Shown one piece after another: positions 1 to 12,900 of a DNA stretch of 64,000 bases. Each line of letters begins with the position of its first letter. Position 1 is the stretch's first letter. A model generated the notes under the pieces. That model was not told where the DNA came from and did no database searches. It worked only from the letters and a program-made list of their open reading frames with translations. The position numbers were made by a program, and so were the translations under genes. This DNA comes from Phaeosaccion multiseriatum. Lineage: Eukaryota; Protista; Ochrophyta, other classes. The DNA is taken from assembly GCA_965112735.1 (NCBI GenBank), contig OZ218961.1, positions 1,984,001 through 2,048,000 on the forward strand. The letters are read 5' to 3'.

Positions 1-12
1 CCTCCTTCGCAG

Positions 13-3000
13 ATGCGGGACAAGGTGGTGACAACGCTGAACCACGACCTCCTGACCCTTAAACGCAGTTTAGACAAGGAGTTTGGTGCCGCCTTTGATG
101 ATGTTCGAGCCCTCCTCCGCTCTGAGAAGAATACGCACACCATCGCTAACTCGGGCCAAATGGTCTCCCCGGCCACCAGACTCACCGTGGAGCTCTGCAC
201 GTCCTTCGAGGTTAGGATGAGGAGGAACATCGGAGGGCAGTGGAGGGCAGTGGAGGGCAGTAGATGGCAATGGATGGATGGATGGATGGATGGATGGATG
301 GTTGGATTGGGGGAGGGAAGGAGGAGATCACTCGGTAGCTTCCACCAGTGCGCACCACGAGCGATCGTACTCTGCCTGTCGCCGCCGTCAAGTGTTGCGT
401 GTTTCGGTCTGAAACGCCCTCCTCAGCGGCGTGCTTGCTTGCTCTGCTGTTTTCGAGAGGGTCACTTCTCCCCCCCCCCCCTCCCTGCCCCCGACTGCAA
501 CCTCACTCACCTTGTTTGCCACCTTTCCTTTCCCCTCTTCCTCTGCCCCCCTCCTCGGTCGCGTGATGACATCTCTTGGTGCTGGCCTGCCTGCCTACCG
601 GCGCATATGCCTGGCTGCCTGCCTGCCCGTATGCCTGCCTGTCCATATGCCTGGCTGCCGTGTGGTGCCATCCCTCACTACGGCCTGGCTGTCCAGGTGC
701 TGGTGCACGCTGTGCAAGGCCTTCGTACCGTCAAGGAGGGGCTCGATCAAACGATGGTGCTCAAGCAGCTGAGGCTCGACAATGATCGCCTTTCGAGGGA
801 GGTAGAGGAGCATGTCACGGAGCTCAAGAGTGAGTGGAGGACTGACGGGAGGGAGGAGGGGGTAGGGGGGAGGGAGGGAGGAAGGGAGGGAAGGGAGGGG
901 GGAGGGAAGGGAGGAGGGAGGGAGGAAGGGAGGGAGGGAGGGAGGGGAGGGGGGGGAGGAGGACGAGGAGGACGAGGAGGATGAGGGGGAGGAGAAGGAG
1001 GAGGAGGAGGAGGAGGATGAGGAAGGTGAGGGGGAGGAGGAGGAGGAAGGGGAGGAGGAGGAAGAGGAGTAGTTTCCCTGTGCTATGGGCCTTTGTGGTC
1101 TGCATGGTCTGCATGTGCGTGTGCGTGTGCGTGTACGTGTGTACGTGTGCGTGTATGTATGCGTACTTTGTGTACTTACGTGTGCCTGTGCAACAGGAAT
1201 ACACCACACATACCGAGAGCTGCAGAGCCCCGAGCTTGCCCTCGGATTGGGCAATCGGCAGCGCAGAATCATAGAGGAGCAGTTGCAGGACCTCAACAAA
1301 CTCAAGGGACAGGTGAGATGGGGGGAGGGTTGCGCTTGACAATTGCGCTTGACACTTGTGCTTGACTGTTGTGCTTGACATTGGTGTGGTTCGTCGCCCT
1401 CCTGGGGGCAGGTCGTATTTATTCCTGGTGCTGTAAGTAGCCTACTGGTTCGCGTCTGCGTTCCGAACCCCCCCCCGCCCCCAATCTGACCACCCCTCCT
1501 TCCCCTACTTCATCTGTGTGTGCGCGCGCGTGTGCGACCCCACGGCGACGTTAGGTGAACGTTCTCCTGCGAGAACAGTCTCTGCTACTCGCCGAGAACG
1601 GTCGGCACAAAGACGCCCTTGGTGAGGTGACCTCTCTCATGGCGGCGAAGACAAGTCTGTACGAGAGAGAGAAGGCATGGCTCATGCCGAGGGTGAGTAG
1701 CGTCCCAGTTGTGTGCATATGAGTAGCGTCCGAGTTGTGTGTATATGAGCGTGTGTGAGTGTGCGTGTGTGTATGAGCGTGTATGTGCATGGGTATGTAT
1801 CTAACGAGGAAGAAGAGCAGATTAATTATGAGAGAGGAGGAATGAAGCGAAGGAATGAAGCAAAGAAAGACGGAAGAATCACTTGGTGCTGCTGCTGTCC
1901 TCCATCTGTGATGGGCCGAACAACCAACACGTCTACAGGTGGAGGCTGCCCAGAAGCGTGCTCAGGAGGTTGAGGAGACGATGAAGCAGCTCAGCCTTGA
2001 TATGTCGCTGCTCTCCACGGTCAACAAAAAGGTACGTGACTGAGTGAGTGAGTGAGTGAGTGAGTGGATGAGAGGGCGAGAGGGTGAGTGGGTGGGTGAG
2101 AGGGTGGGTAGGTGAGTGAATGAGTGAGTAAGTGGGTGAGTGACTGGGTGGGTGGGTGAGGTGAGAGAGTGAGAGAGTGAGTGACTGAGTGGGTAGGGGA
2201 GTGGGTGAGTGAGCGAGTGAGTGGGTGGGTGAGTGGTTGAGTGACTAAGTGGAGTGGATGAGTGAGTGGGTGAGTGTGGCAATGAGGCAGGGAGGGAGGG
2301 AGGCAAGGAGGCAGTGAGGCAGTGAGGCAGTGGGGTAGTACCTACGACGTCGTTGTCAGCCTTCTACCATCAGTAATGCTTCAGTAGTCAGTCAGACCCA
2401 CTTAGACTCAGTCAGTCAGTCACTCACTCCCTCTCCCCCTCCCTCTCCCCCTCCCTCTCCCCCTCCCTCTCCCCCTCCCTCTCCCCCTCCCTCTCCCCCT
2501 CCCTCCCCATCCCCCCTCCCGCATCCACTGCCACCCCCCCAGGCTGAAGACCGCAATGCTGAGCTGGAGGCTTTGGTTGCGAAGATGGCAGAGGAGGGAG
2601 CAGAGGGCACCAAGGGGAGGGCGCGTGCTCAGCAGTACTCGGAAACCTTGGCCAAAGTGGAGAGTCTCGAGGTAAAGTGGTGGACGGATGAGTTCGATAA
2701 TGAGGGTCCCATCTTTTTTACAATGACGGACCTAAATCTGTCTTTGTATCTTGTTGGTCGGGTCCGTGGTGTGTGGCCTGCTCCCTCCCCCCTCCTCCCC
2801 CTCCCCCCCCCTGACCCGCTGGCTCTCCTCTCCACTACCTCCTCTTAGAACGAGCTCGTACGGAAGACGAATATGTCAATAATTGCCATGGCCGCTCGGG
2901 AGGAAGCAATAAAGGCATATAGGGGGAGAGAAGAGCTCGTCCGATCGAATGCAGCGACTTTGAAGGCACTTGGTGAGGGAGTTGGTGATACAGAGGGAGA

Positions 3001-4534
3001 GGCGGGGGGAAAGGGGAGGGGGAGGGGGAGGAGAGGAGAGGAGGTCGCGGGAGAGGAAAGAAGACCTATCGAGCAAACCCAAAGTGCTCTTACCCTCACC
3101 CTTCCATCCCCTCCCTGCTGTAACATATGATCATGGCAATTGCGCCTGTAAATCACTTCGGATGACTAACGGTTGCACCTGCAGAGGATCGAGAGTCCAA
3201 GGCGCTGGCGTCGGAAATGCGGAGTGCGGGGTATTACGCCGAGACCAAGGCCAAGCTGGACAAGTACGTATTATTACGTGTCATTACGTGTTTGTTAAAC
3301 CCCATGCTTCCCCCCCTTCACCCAACCATTGACTCACTACCCACCCACGTACGCACGCACCCACAGGACGCTGGAGGAGAGGAATGCCCTCGAGCAGGAG
3401 GTATACACCCTCAAGGCCCAGCTTGACATCAAGGAGGAGGAGGGACGCGCCATGACCAAGAGGATGCACTCCGTACAGGACCTCGAGAGGGATAACAACG
3501 ACCTTGCTCTGGCGCTCAGGAGGACCGGTGAGTGGTGTCAGGACAGTGGGTGGGTGGGTGTTCGGACAGTGGGTGGGTGGGTGGGTGTCAGGACAGAGAC
3601 TGGGGGAGTGAGGGAGGTGTCAGGATAGTGTGTGGGTGTCAGGACAGTGGGTGGGTGTCAGGACGGGGTAGGTGTCAGGGCAGTGGGTAGGTGTGAGTGG
3701 ATGAGGGGGGGTGGGTGTCAGGACAGCGTGTAGGCGAGCGAATGAGGGGGGTGGATGGGTATGTTCGATGTATGAGTAGAGAGCGTGTCTGCCGCTGAAG
3801 CTTGATGTAGGTGTATGGGCAAGACATCGACATTTGGTATCGAGAGGGTCGATTTTGGTATAATTCGGGACTGTGGGCGGGAGGTTATCGGGTCAGTGAC
3901 AAGGCCGTGTAGTAGGCAAAGGGAGTATCAGGACAAGGACAGAAGGGACATTGAGGCAGGTGTAAGGACAGGACATTCGTCAAGAGGGTAGTATTAGACA
4001 TTAGCATTAGAAAGAAAACACACCCTACTTGATCAGTCCGCACGTACATCTCATCTATCTTGGAGTGAGCGGTAGGCCTCTAGGAGGCTACTGAGAGCTG
4101 TTCCGGGAAGGGTCGTCACTGCCCTTGGCCCGGAGGCTAACATTGATGCTGATGCGTATCCCCCGCTAAACGCCCTCCCCCACCCCTGCTGCTACGGCCC
4201 TACCCTGCCCTACTCTGCCCTCCCTCTCGGCTCTTACGGTGCCGTGCGTGGGCCTCTTTCGACGACGTGGCGTGTCCCTCACTCAGAGGGCGAGCGGGAC
4301 CAAGCGCGTGCGACCAGCGAGGAGCATCGTCGCCATTTGGAGCAGTGGACGGACATCATTCACAGGTTCCAGCTGAACAGCGAGTTTAATGTGCCCCGCC
4401 TCACCCCCGAGGAGCGTCGGGAGAGGGACCTGACGGATCATGAGGAGAACAACGCCGGTGCTGTTGTTGTTGATCCTGGTGCTGCTGCTGCTGCTACTGC
4501 TGCTGCTGCGGCGGCAACGAACAAGCCGGACTAA
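13..4534 (+). CDS. Coiled-coil protein of unknown function, 5'-partial, about 10 exons in window
   Basis: GT-AG exons of approximately 13-210, 697-829, 1197-1312, 1555-1692, 1939-2031, 2543-2671, 2849-2971, ~3185-3263, 3367-3527 and 4287-4534 (TAA). Peptides are E/K/L/R-rich and heptad-like (e.g. TLEERNALEQEVYTLKAQLDIKEEEGRAMTKR). An acceptor cttcgcag precedes 13, so the gene starts upstream of the window. Confidence 0.65.
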
Positions 4535-5770
4535 GGAGTGGAGGAGTACGACACCGAGGGATGAGGAATGGGCGCATACACACTAAGGGCCCAGAGCCTA
4601 CTAATCCTTCGGGGAAGAGCTGAATAGATCGAAGAAGTCAGGCTCTCTATCTCCCTCCCGGGCTCTTCTTTTTTGGCTGTACTACCGCAGGCAAGGTGGC
4701 CTCCTTTCGAAAGAACAAGAACTGTAAGCGTCGTTTGTGTTTATCATTCCTTTAGTATTTTATTCTTAAGCTCGGAGGCTCGAAGAGCACTGCCACGAAT
4801 GAAGTACGGAGAGCGGAAAAGGAAAGAAATGCCTGCGTCCTCTTCGCCCATCTGCTGCTGCTTTTGCTCTCATCACCCACTCCTCTCCTCTCCTCGCACA
4901 CGCCTCTCCTCCTCGCTAATGTTCTTCGCCAACTACAAACGCCCCTCCTTCTCGCCCGGCCCAACACTTAATCTGTACAACGGTCTTTTCCGCGAAGTCG
5001 CGAGGGGTGTGAAGTGGCAACAAGCGCTCGCGAGAGCTGCCCCTGACCTTGTTGCGCGACTCCCCCAACCCCATCCCCCCCCCCCCCCAAAACAACGAAG
5101 CGAACCACTTACTGGTTCATGCATGCAAGTCTCATCGCTCACTCCACACACGTCACTCAATCTCATCAGAAGGAGCTTTCCGCTGCTTCCCACGCGGCCT
5201 CCTGGATGGCGTCCTGGTCATCGGAAGACGCCGGCGCAGCGGATGCTCCTCCTCCTGCTTTGCCACTCTCCACAGGTACTGGTGAAGGCGCTGGAGCCTC
5301 CTTGGGCTCGTTGGTCAGAACCGTACTCGGTGCTGTTATAGAAGGCATCTTTGTCTATTTGTCTTTTCTTGCTTGCTGCTACTCCTTCTTGACTCGCTGA
5401 TACTGGTCAAATAACTCGTCTCCCTCCCATCCCTCTATGTTTCTGCGAGGCAAGAGGGATCCTGTGAGCAACATCGTTTCTGCGAGGCAAGAGGATTGAT
5501 GTTGCTCGGCGGGAAAGAAACCAAGAAACCAAGAAATCAAGAAATAAGAAAAGGGGGGGGGGGAGTTGGTGATTTGACAGAATCTGTGAGCCGAACGAAT
5601 TTCCAATTTCACCCGCCCCTCCGATCTCGTTCTCGATCTCTGAACACAGACCGCAGCAGCAGCAACTACGACAGAAGAGTCTGCAAGGGAAGCCGCTGCG
5701 AGAGGGAGGGGGTGGCGGGTGGCGAAGTCGTTGACTGCGGCGGAGGAAAGAGTGTGTGGATAGAAAAAGG

Positions 5771-8700
5771 ATGGCAGCCTGGACAGGGGCGGCCAGCCTT
5801 AGGGTAGCCTCAGCGGCGTCTACAGCAGCGGCTGCGGTGGGACGTGGCGCAGCCGCTACTGGTGCTGGTCAGGCGGCAGCGCCTTCGGTCTTGGGAAAGT
5901 CTGGTAGCGCATGCCGAGGGTTGTGCTCGGGGAGAGTAAGGAGAGGAACAGCCTCTACATCATTGAGGGGCAGGCAATGGAGAGACAGGTACGAGTGCTC
6001 ATTTGTCATGTGGGAGATGCAACCTCTCCTGGGGGATGGGATAGGGACTTCCTCTCGCAGCAGTTTGGCTGTCCACCGCGCCGCTTTAACCCAACCAATC
6101 CTGAAGGCCCTCTGCCTCTGAAAGTCTCCCTCGTTGTCTTTCTCGCGCTCCTGATACAGAACCTGGGCACACACAATTTACGGCCCATCCATCATCTATC
6201 CACCCTCTCCCTTAAATCCCCACTCGTCACTTCTTGCTGCGCTCCCTCCTGCCTGCCGCCCATATTCCTTGTCACAGCCCGGCCCAGCGCCGCTGGCCCT
6301 GCCTGCCCCTTGCTGTTGTGCAAGCAACCCACCCACAGCAGGTGCGCGCAACTGAGTGAGAAGCGAAACGAACTGAGGGAAGGAAAGGAGGGGAGAGAGT
6401 CGTTGTCTCTTTCCAATCTTCCAGAGTCTTTCTGAGAAGAAAGAGTTAAGCACCGGCTCCTGCGTGGTAGACCACCGGCAGAGACCATCCACCTACCTGT
6501 CTTCACCTACAAGCAACCAACCAACCAAGCAGCCTCACTATTGACCAACGAAGCCCGTCCCCCCTCCCCAAGCGCCCTGACCAACAACACGCCCCACCCA
6601 TTGCTGCTTGCACGTGCACACACACACACACACGCACGCACACACACACACGCAACACACACACACGCGCACACACACACGCACACACACAGGCTCGCAG
6701 CATGATGATGATGGCCTCCTCCCGTAAGAAGAAGAACGTTACAGCCCCTGCGAACAGCAAACCCGTTCACCACGTCACCTCCGCCATCCGATTAGTCAAG
6801 GAAAATGCCCTCAAAAAGCCGAGAAAGTTCGACGAAACCGTCGAAGTGGCCCTGCACCTGGGCGTCGACCCGCGAAAGCCCAATCAAACGGTCCGGGGCA
6901 CGGTGTCCCTGCCGAGCGGTACGGGTAAGAAGACAGTCATCGCGGTGTTCGCCAAGGGAGATTCCGCGGAGGAAGCGAGGGCAGCAGGGGCGGACATCGT
7001 CGGTGCAGATGACCTTGTTGAGCAGGTGTGTGTACGTGTGTGCGTGTGTATGGTTGTGTGTGTTTGCGTGTGTGTGTGCGCGCGTGTGTGTGTTTGACCT
7101 CCTTCCTGTGCCGCCTCTCCCTGCTGCTCAGTGATACATTCAATCCCCGCCGATCTGTTCCCAGTCTTCAATCTTGATTCTCCCCGCCCCCCCCCCTCCC
7201 TCGCCGTGACGCCCCCCGTAAACCCCTCCTCCTCTCTCTCACATCCTTCTCTCCGTCTCTCGCTCTGTCTCTCGCTTTGCCTCTATCTCTATCTCCCCTT
7301 TGTCTCTCCCTTTGCCTGTCTCTCCCTCTTGGGATCTCCCGCTCCTCCCCTCCCCCTCTCTCCATCGCTTCTACGCACACACCCACCCACACCCACCCCA
7401 CCACCCACCCCACCATCCACCCACCCACCCACCCACACACCCTTACCATACCCTACCATCGACTGCCATCCTCTGGCATTCACTGCCTGTCATCCACTGC
7501 CATGCCCGCAGATCCAAGCAGGCCAGATCAACTTCGACAAGTGTGTGGCCACTCCTGACGTAATGGGCCTCGTGGGCAGGTGCGCAAGGCAGCTCGGACC
7601 CCGGGGGCTCATGCCCAATCCGAAGGTAAGGGTTACGGCGCAGCATCAGCATATATAACCTATTACATAATACTACGAAGTAATACGTAAGAGGCAGAGG
7701 CAGAGGCAGAGGCAGGCTCGAGGGGGAGGGGATGGAGTACTTCAGTTTCAGTTTGTTTCAGTTTGTCGAAGGCCCTCCTGCGCGAAGACAGGGACAGGAG
7801 TGCGTGGTGCGTACTGTATCGGCCTATAGCTTGATTGTTCTCGCTGGCTGCTCAGTTCCTCTGGAGCGGCACGTGTTCTTGCTCGTATTCCCTCCCTCCT
7901 CTGCCCTTCTCTGTCGGCCTTTGTCTCCTACTAACCCCCCCACCCGCCCCCTCCCCCCCCTTCTCCTCCTATCCACCTACTATCGCTTCTATCGCTTCTC
8001 CAGCTGGGCACGGTGACGAGAGACGTGCAGGCGGCTGTGGCGGCGCTGAAGGGAGGTCAGGTGGACTTCCGCGCGGGAAAGCTCGGCCTCATGCACGCAG
8101 GGATTGGCAAGGTGAGTGAGTGAGTGAGTGAGTGAGTGATTGAGTGAGTGAGTGAGTGAGTGAGTGAGTGAGTGGGTGAGTGAGTGAGTGAGTGAGTGAG
8201 TAAGCGAGTGAGTGAGTGAGTGAGTGAGTGGGTGAGTGAGTGAGTGGGTGGGTGAGTGAGTGAGTGAGTGAGTGGGTGAGTGAGTGAGTGAGTGAGTGAG
8301 TGAGTGAGTAAGCGAGTGAGTGAGTGAGTGAGTGAGTGGGTGAGTGAGTGAGTGAGTGAGCGAATGAGTTAGTGAGTGAGTGGGTGAGTGAGTGAGTGAG
8401 GCGGGTGGGTGGAGTGAGGCTGGTGGGTGGAGTGGGTGGTAAGTGAGGAAGGTATAAGTATCCGATAGCTTCTTTCTGAGCCTCGACGAGTGTACGTGTA
8501 CATGTTTTGTGTCTGCCTGTGTGCCTGCTTGATTCGGTGTCGCCTCCTTCCTACTATCACCCACACGCACCCACCCACTTAATCATTGACTTACTACCCA
8601 CCCACCCATTGACTTTTCCCCACAGGTGAGCTTCAGCGTGCAGGAGCTGCAAGACAATCTCCGTGCCTTCATGCTGGCCGTGACCAGCGCCAAGCCCGAG

Positions 8701-8850
8701 GGTGCCAAGGGAAAGTATGTGAGGAACGTGTCTCTGAGCAGCAGCATGGGGCCTGGTGTCAAAGTGGCGTTGGAGACGGCGGATCCGAGCTCACCGAGGT
8801 TTATGTTGGATGAAGAGTTGTATGCGAGGATGAACGCGCAGGGACAATGA
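5771..8850 (+). CDS. rplA: Bacterial-type ribosomal protein L1 (uL1), nucleus-encoded, probably mitochondrial
   Basis: join(5771..5988,6701..7025,7512..7625,8004..8111,8626..8850) is in frame with GT-AG introns. Motifs: [60 protein letters not shown]. Exon 1 ([17 protein letters not shown]...) is Ala/Arg/Ser-rich and poor in acidic residues, like a transit peptide; it is less certain than exons 2-5. Confidence 0.92.
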
Positions 8851-9572
8851 CGGTTTCATGCATGATCCCGTACGCATAATACACATACACACGTACCTAA
8901 TATGTATACACACATACACACACAAGAGAGGGAGGGAGGGAGAGAGAGGCATAGGGATAGAGAGACAGATCGAGAGAGAGAGAGAGAAGGCGGCCGGGTC
9001 AGGAGTGAGTGAGTGAGTGTGTGGGTGAGGTGGGTGTGTGGGTGGGTGAGGTGGGCGAGGTAGGTGGCCGCCGCTGCTGCTACTGAGGACTGGCGATGAT
9101 ATAGTGATTCGTGATCAGAGTGGCGCCCACCCCGTGTGGATTTATTTCAGCGATCCTCAGCAAGGGGTGGGAGGCGCGAGCTGCAGGCTTGAGTAGAGGT
9201 CTCGTATAGTGCCATGGCCTCCATCAGCTTTGAGTAGAGCACCCGATTAGTTTAGTTTAGTCCCTCCCCTCCACCAATTGATAGCAATCATCAGACGGTT
9301 GATCGACACCAACACTCCTGGCGTCCACACTTTTGTCCACGGTTGTCCATCTCACTCTGGGGTGTACCAAACCGCTGAGTCCATTAGTCCCCACGCGTGC
9401 ATTACAGAACACTAGAAGTGCCTTCTATATAATATATATATATAATTTATATATATATGTATACATATGTATTATACATATATATACATATGTATACATA
9501 TGTTGATATGTTGTGAGCTGCTGCTAGGGTAGGGTAGGGTGCAATGGGGGAGCGCCGCTGCGTGTCGTTCAA

Positions 9573-9840
9573 TCGTTTGTGTGGGGTGGGGAGACGAAGC
9601 ATCATCGTCAGTGGCCAAGAGAGCCGCGGCCGCGCTGTCGGGAGGTGAGGAGGTGTAGACCCCACCGCTGCATCTGGGTGCTATTGTGGAGGGTGGCCTT
9701 GCTCACCACCACCCGCCAACTGTGAGAGGTTCAAGTAGAGCCACAGGGGTTACCACTCCGGTGCGACTCACTTGCGCGACGATGCCCTGTGAGTCGGAGG
9801 TGTACAGACAAGGGAGGGAGGGAGGGAGTGAGTCAAAGGG
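9573..9840 (-). pseudogene. Small remnant of a third ligase copy (part of exon 7 plus flanking intron, fused to ligase-downstream-like sequence)
   Basis: 9655-9838 aligns to 27209-27416 (GIVAQVSRTGVVTPVALLEPLTVGG, then a -1 frameshift and TGA). 9573-9646 resembles 15527-15630 and 24532-24635. Confidence 0.85.
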
Positions 9841-9998
9841 GAGCAGGAGCGGAGAGCGTGTGTGTGACCGCTCTGTCGACGACATCTTCACTTTGCTTCA
9901 GTTTACTCGACCCGACAAGTACCAACACATGACGTCACGCACCCTCCCCTCCCCCCTCACCCCACCTGCACTTAAGATGAGCCCCAAGAGGGTTCCGC

Positions 9999-12900
9999 TT
10001 AATACGCGCTGGCCCGGTGTGGATGGTTGGCAGGCAGCACCTCCTCATGAATCGCTATGGCCTTGCGGTAGAGCGCCTCCGCCTCCTCCGCCTTGCCCTG
10101 ATCGCTGAGAAGGTTACCGAGGTTGTGGTACGACATGGCCAGGGCCGGGTGGTTGGCAGGCAGCACCTCCTCAAAAATCGCCATGGCCTTGCGGAAGAGC
10201 GCCTCCGTCTCCTCCGCCTTGCCCTGATCGATGAGAGCGATACCGAGGTTGTGGTACGACACGGCCAGGTCCGGGTGGTTGGCAGGCAGCACCTCCTCAT
10301 GAATCGCCATGGCCTTGCGGTAGAGCGCCTCCGCCTCCTCCGCCTTGCCCTGATCGCGGAGAATGGTACCGAGGTTGTGGTACGACACGACCAGGTCCGG
10401 GTGGTTGGCAGGCAGCACCTCCTCACGAATCGCCATGGCCTTGCGGTAGAGCGCCTCCGCCTCCTCCGCCTTGCCCTGATCGCTGAGAAGGTTACCGAGG
10501 TTGTTGTACGACTTGGCCAGCTCCGGGTGGTTGGCAGGCAGCACCTCCTCACGAATCGCCATGGCCTTGTGGTAGAGCGCCTCCGCCTCCTCCGCCTTGC
10601 CCTGATCGCGGAGAATGGTACCGAGGTTGTTGTATGAGTCAGCCAGGTCCGGGTGGTTGGCAGGCAGCACCTCCTCACGAATCGCCATGGCCTTGCGGTA
10701 GAGCGCCTCCGCCTCCTCCGCCTTGCCCTGATCGCGGAGAATGGTACCGAGGTTGTTGTACGACATGGCCAGGTCCGGGTGGTTGGCAGGCAGCACCTCC
10801 TCATGAATCGCCATGGCCTTGCGGAAGAGCGCCTCCGTCTCCTCCGCCTTGCCCTGATCGCGGAGAATGGTACCGAGGTTGTTGTATGAGTCAGCCAGGT
10901 CCGGGTGGTTGGCACGCAGCACCTCCTCACGAATCGCCATGGCCTTGCGGTAGAGCGCCTCCGCCTCCTCCGCCTTGCCCTGATCGCGGAGAATGGTACC
11001 GAGGTTGTTGTACGACATGGCCAGGTCCGGGTGGTTGGCAGGCAGCACCTCCTCATGAATCGCCATGGCCTTGCGGAAGAGCGCCTCCGTCTCCTCCGCC
11101 TTGCCCTGATCGCTGAGAAGGATACCGAGGTTGTGGTACGACATGGCCAGGTCCGGGTGGTTGGCAGGCAGCACCTCCTCACGAATCGCCATGGCCTTGC
11201 GGAAGAGCGCCTCCGTCTCCTCCGCCTTGCCCTGATCGCTGAGAAAGATACCGAGGTTGTGGTACGACACGGCCAGGTCCGGGTGGTTGGCAGGCAGCAC
11301 CTCCTCACGAATCGCCATGGCCTTGCGGTAGAGCGCCTCCGCCTCCTCCGCCTTGCCCTGATCGCGGAGAATGGTACCGAGGTTGTGGTACGACATGGCC
11401 AGGCTCGGGTGGTTGGCAGGCAGCACCTCCTCATGAATCGCCATGGCCTTGCGGAAGAGCGCCTCCGTCTCCTCCGCCTTGCCCTGATCGCTGAGAGCGA
11501 TACCGAGGTTGTGGTACGACATGGCCAGGTCCGGGTGGTTGGCAGGCAGCACCTCCTCACGAATCGCCATGGCCTTGCGGAAGAGCGCCTCCGTCTCCTC
11601 CGCCTTGCCCTGATCGCTGAGAAGGATACCGAGGTTGTGGTACGACCCGGCCAGGGCCGGGTGGTTGGCAGGCAGCACCTCCTCAAGAATCGCCATGGCC
11701 TTGCGGTAGAGCGCCTCCGCCTCCTCCGCCTTGCCCTGATCGCTGAGAAGGATACCGAGGTTGTTGTACGACATGGCCAGGCTCGGGTGGTTGGCAGGCA
11801 GCACCTCCTCATAAATCGCCATGGCCTTGCGGAGCAGCGCCTCCGCCTCCTCCGCCTTGCCCTGACGGCTGAGAAGGTTACCGAGGTTGCTGTACGAGCT
11901 GGCCAGCTCCAGGTGGTTGGCAGGCAGCACCTCCTCACGAATCGCCATGGCCTTGCGGTAGAGCGCCTCCGCTTCCACGCCTCTCACCACCATGCTAAAT
12001 AACTCAGCACATGACTCCAAATGGCCTGCTCTACTCAACCCCGTTGTGTGAGACTCTTCATCCTTGAGTGACTTCATCACCACGTCCACCACCATGTCCG
12101 ACGACGACTGAGCGAGCTCCCACGTGCTGCGCCAGTACCCGACATACACATATCCACCACCAAGGCCGTACTCTGTGCCGCCAGCCGTGCCACCCTGTTC
12201 AGAATCACTGTCGGCCCACACGTTCCCAGCGATGCACTCCTGCTGGGACAAGAAGCCAGACTGCCGCTCTACAGCTGTCTTCAAGTCCCACTTGTGCATG
12301 TCTGACTTGATGGTATTGGCAATGAAGTCCAGCTGCAGCTCGTGAGGCACCGCACCGCCATGGCCCCACCTCTCCAGCAGAGATCGATCCGCAAGTTGAG
12401 CCACTGCTTCTGCTACTGCAGGCTCGTCATCGGCCCACAACGACCTCAGCATGAGCTCGCTCGCTCCCCTGCCCCTTGGAAGGACGGCCAGGTACAGATA
12501 ACGGCTTTTGAGTGGGTCAGGCAGTGCGTCGATGCTGAGTGTTAGAACCCTGCCCAGCGCGGCCTTCATATTGTCAATCGATCTATCCTCCCTGTTCTCG
12601 CCGAGCCCTTTCTTGATGTCCTGAGCCAAATCGAGCCAGGCTTGCTCCTCATCCGGCTTGCTCTTTACTTGAGGGAGCGACCCGGCCATTGACAGCGCCA
12701 GTGCGTGCCTCCCGCACCACTCTGCAACAAGCAAGATGGCCCTATACAACCCCTCACCATCATCAGGAACGCGAGTGCCAGCTGTGTCCCTCAACAGCAG
12801 CTGCACCGACGCTTTCTCCTCCATGCGCCCCACCTCCACGCAGTCAGACTCCTCTGAGGGGAGCAGCCCCTTGACTCTCGTCGTGACCAGCAGCTGAAGC

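Noticed and set aside
4673-5341. 222-aa ORF between the coiled-coil gene and rplA
   Set aside because: Non-ATG start, no recognisable motifs and no supporting splice structure.
9147-9250. Minus-strand peptide NRVLYSKLMEAMALYETS, faintly TPR-like, as an orphan NLR exon
   Set aside because: Very short, with an upstream in-frame stop, no adjacent AG acceptor and no DNA similarity to the arrays.
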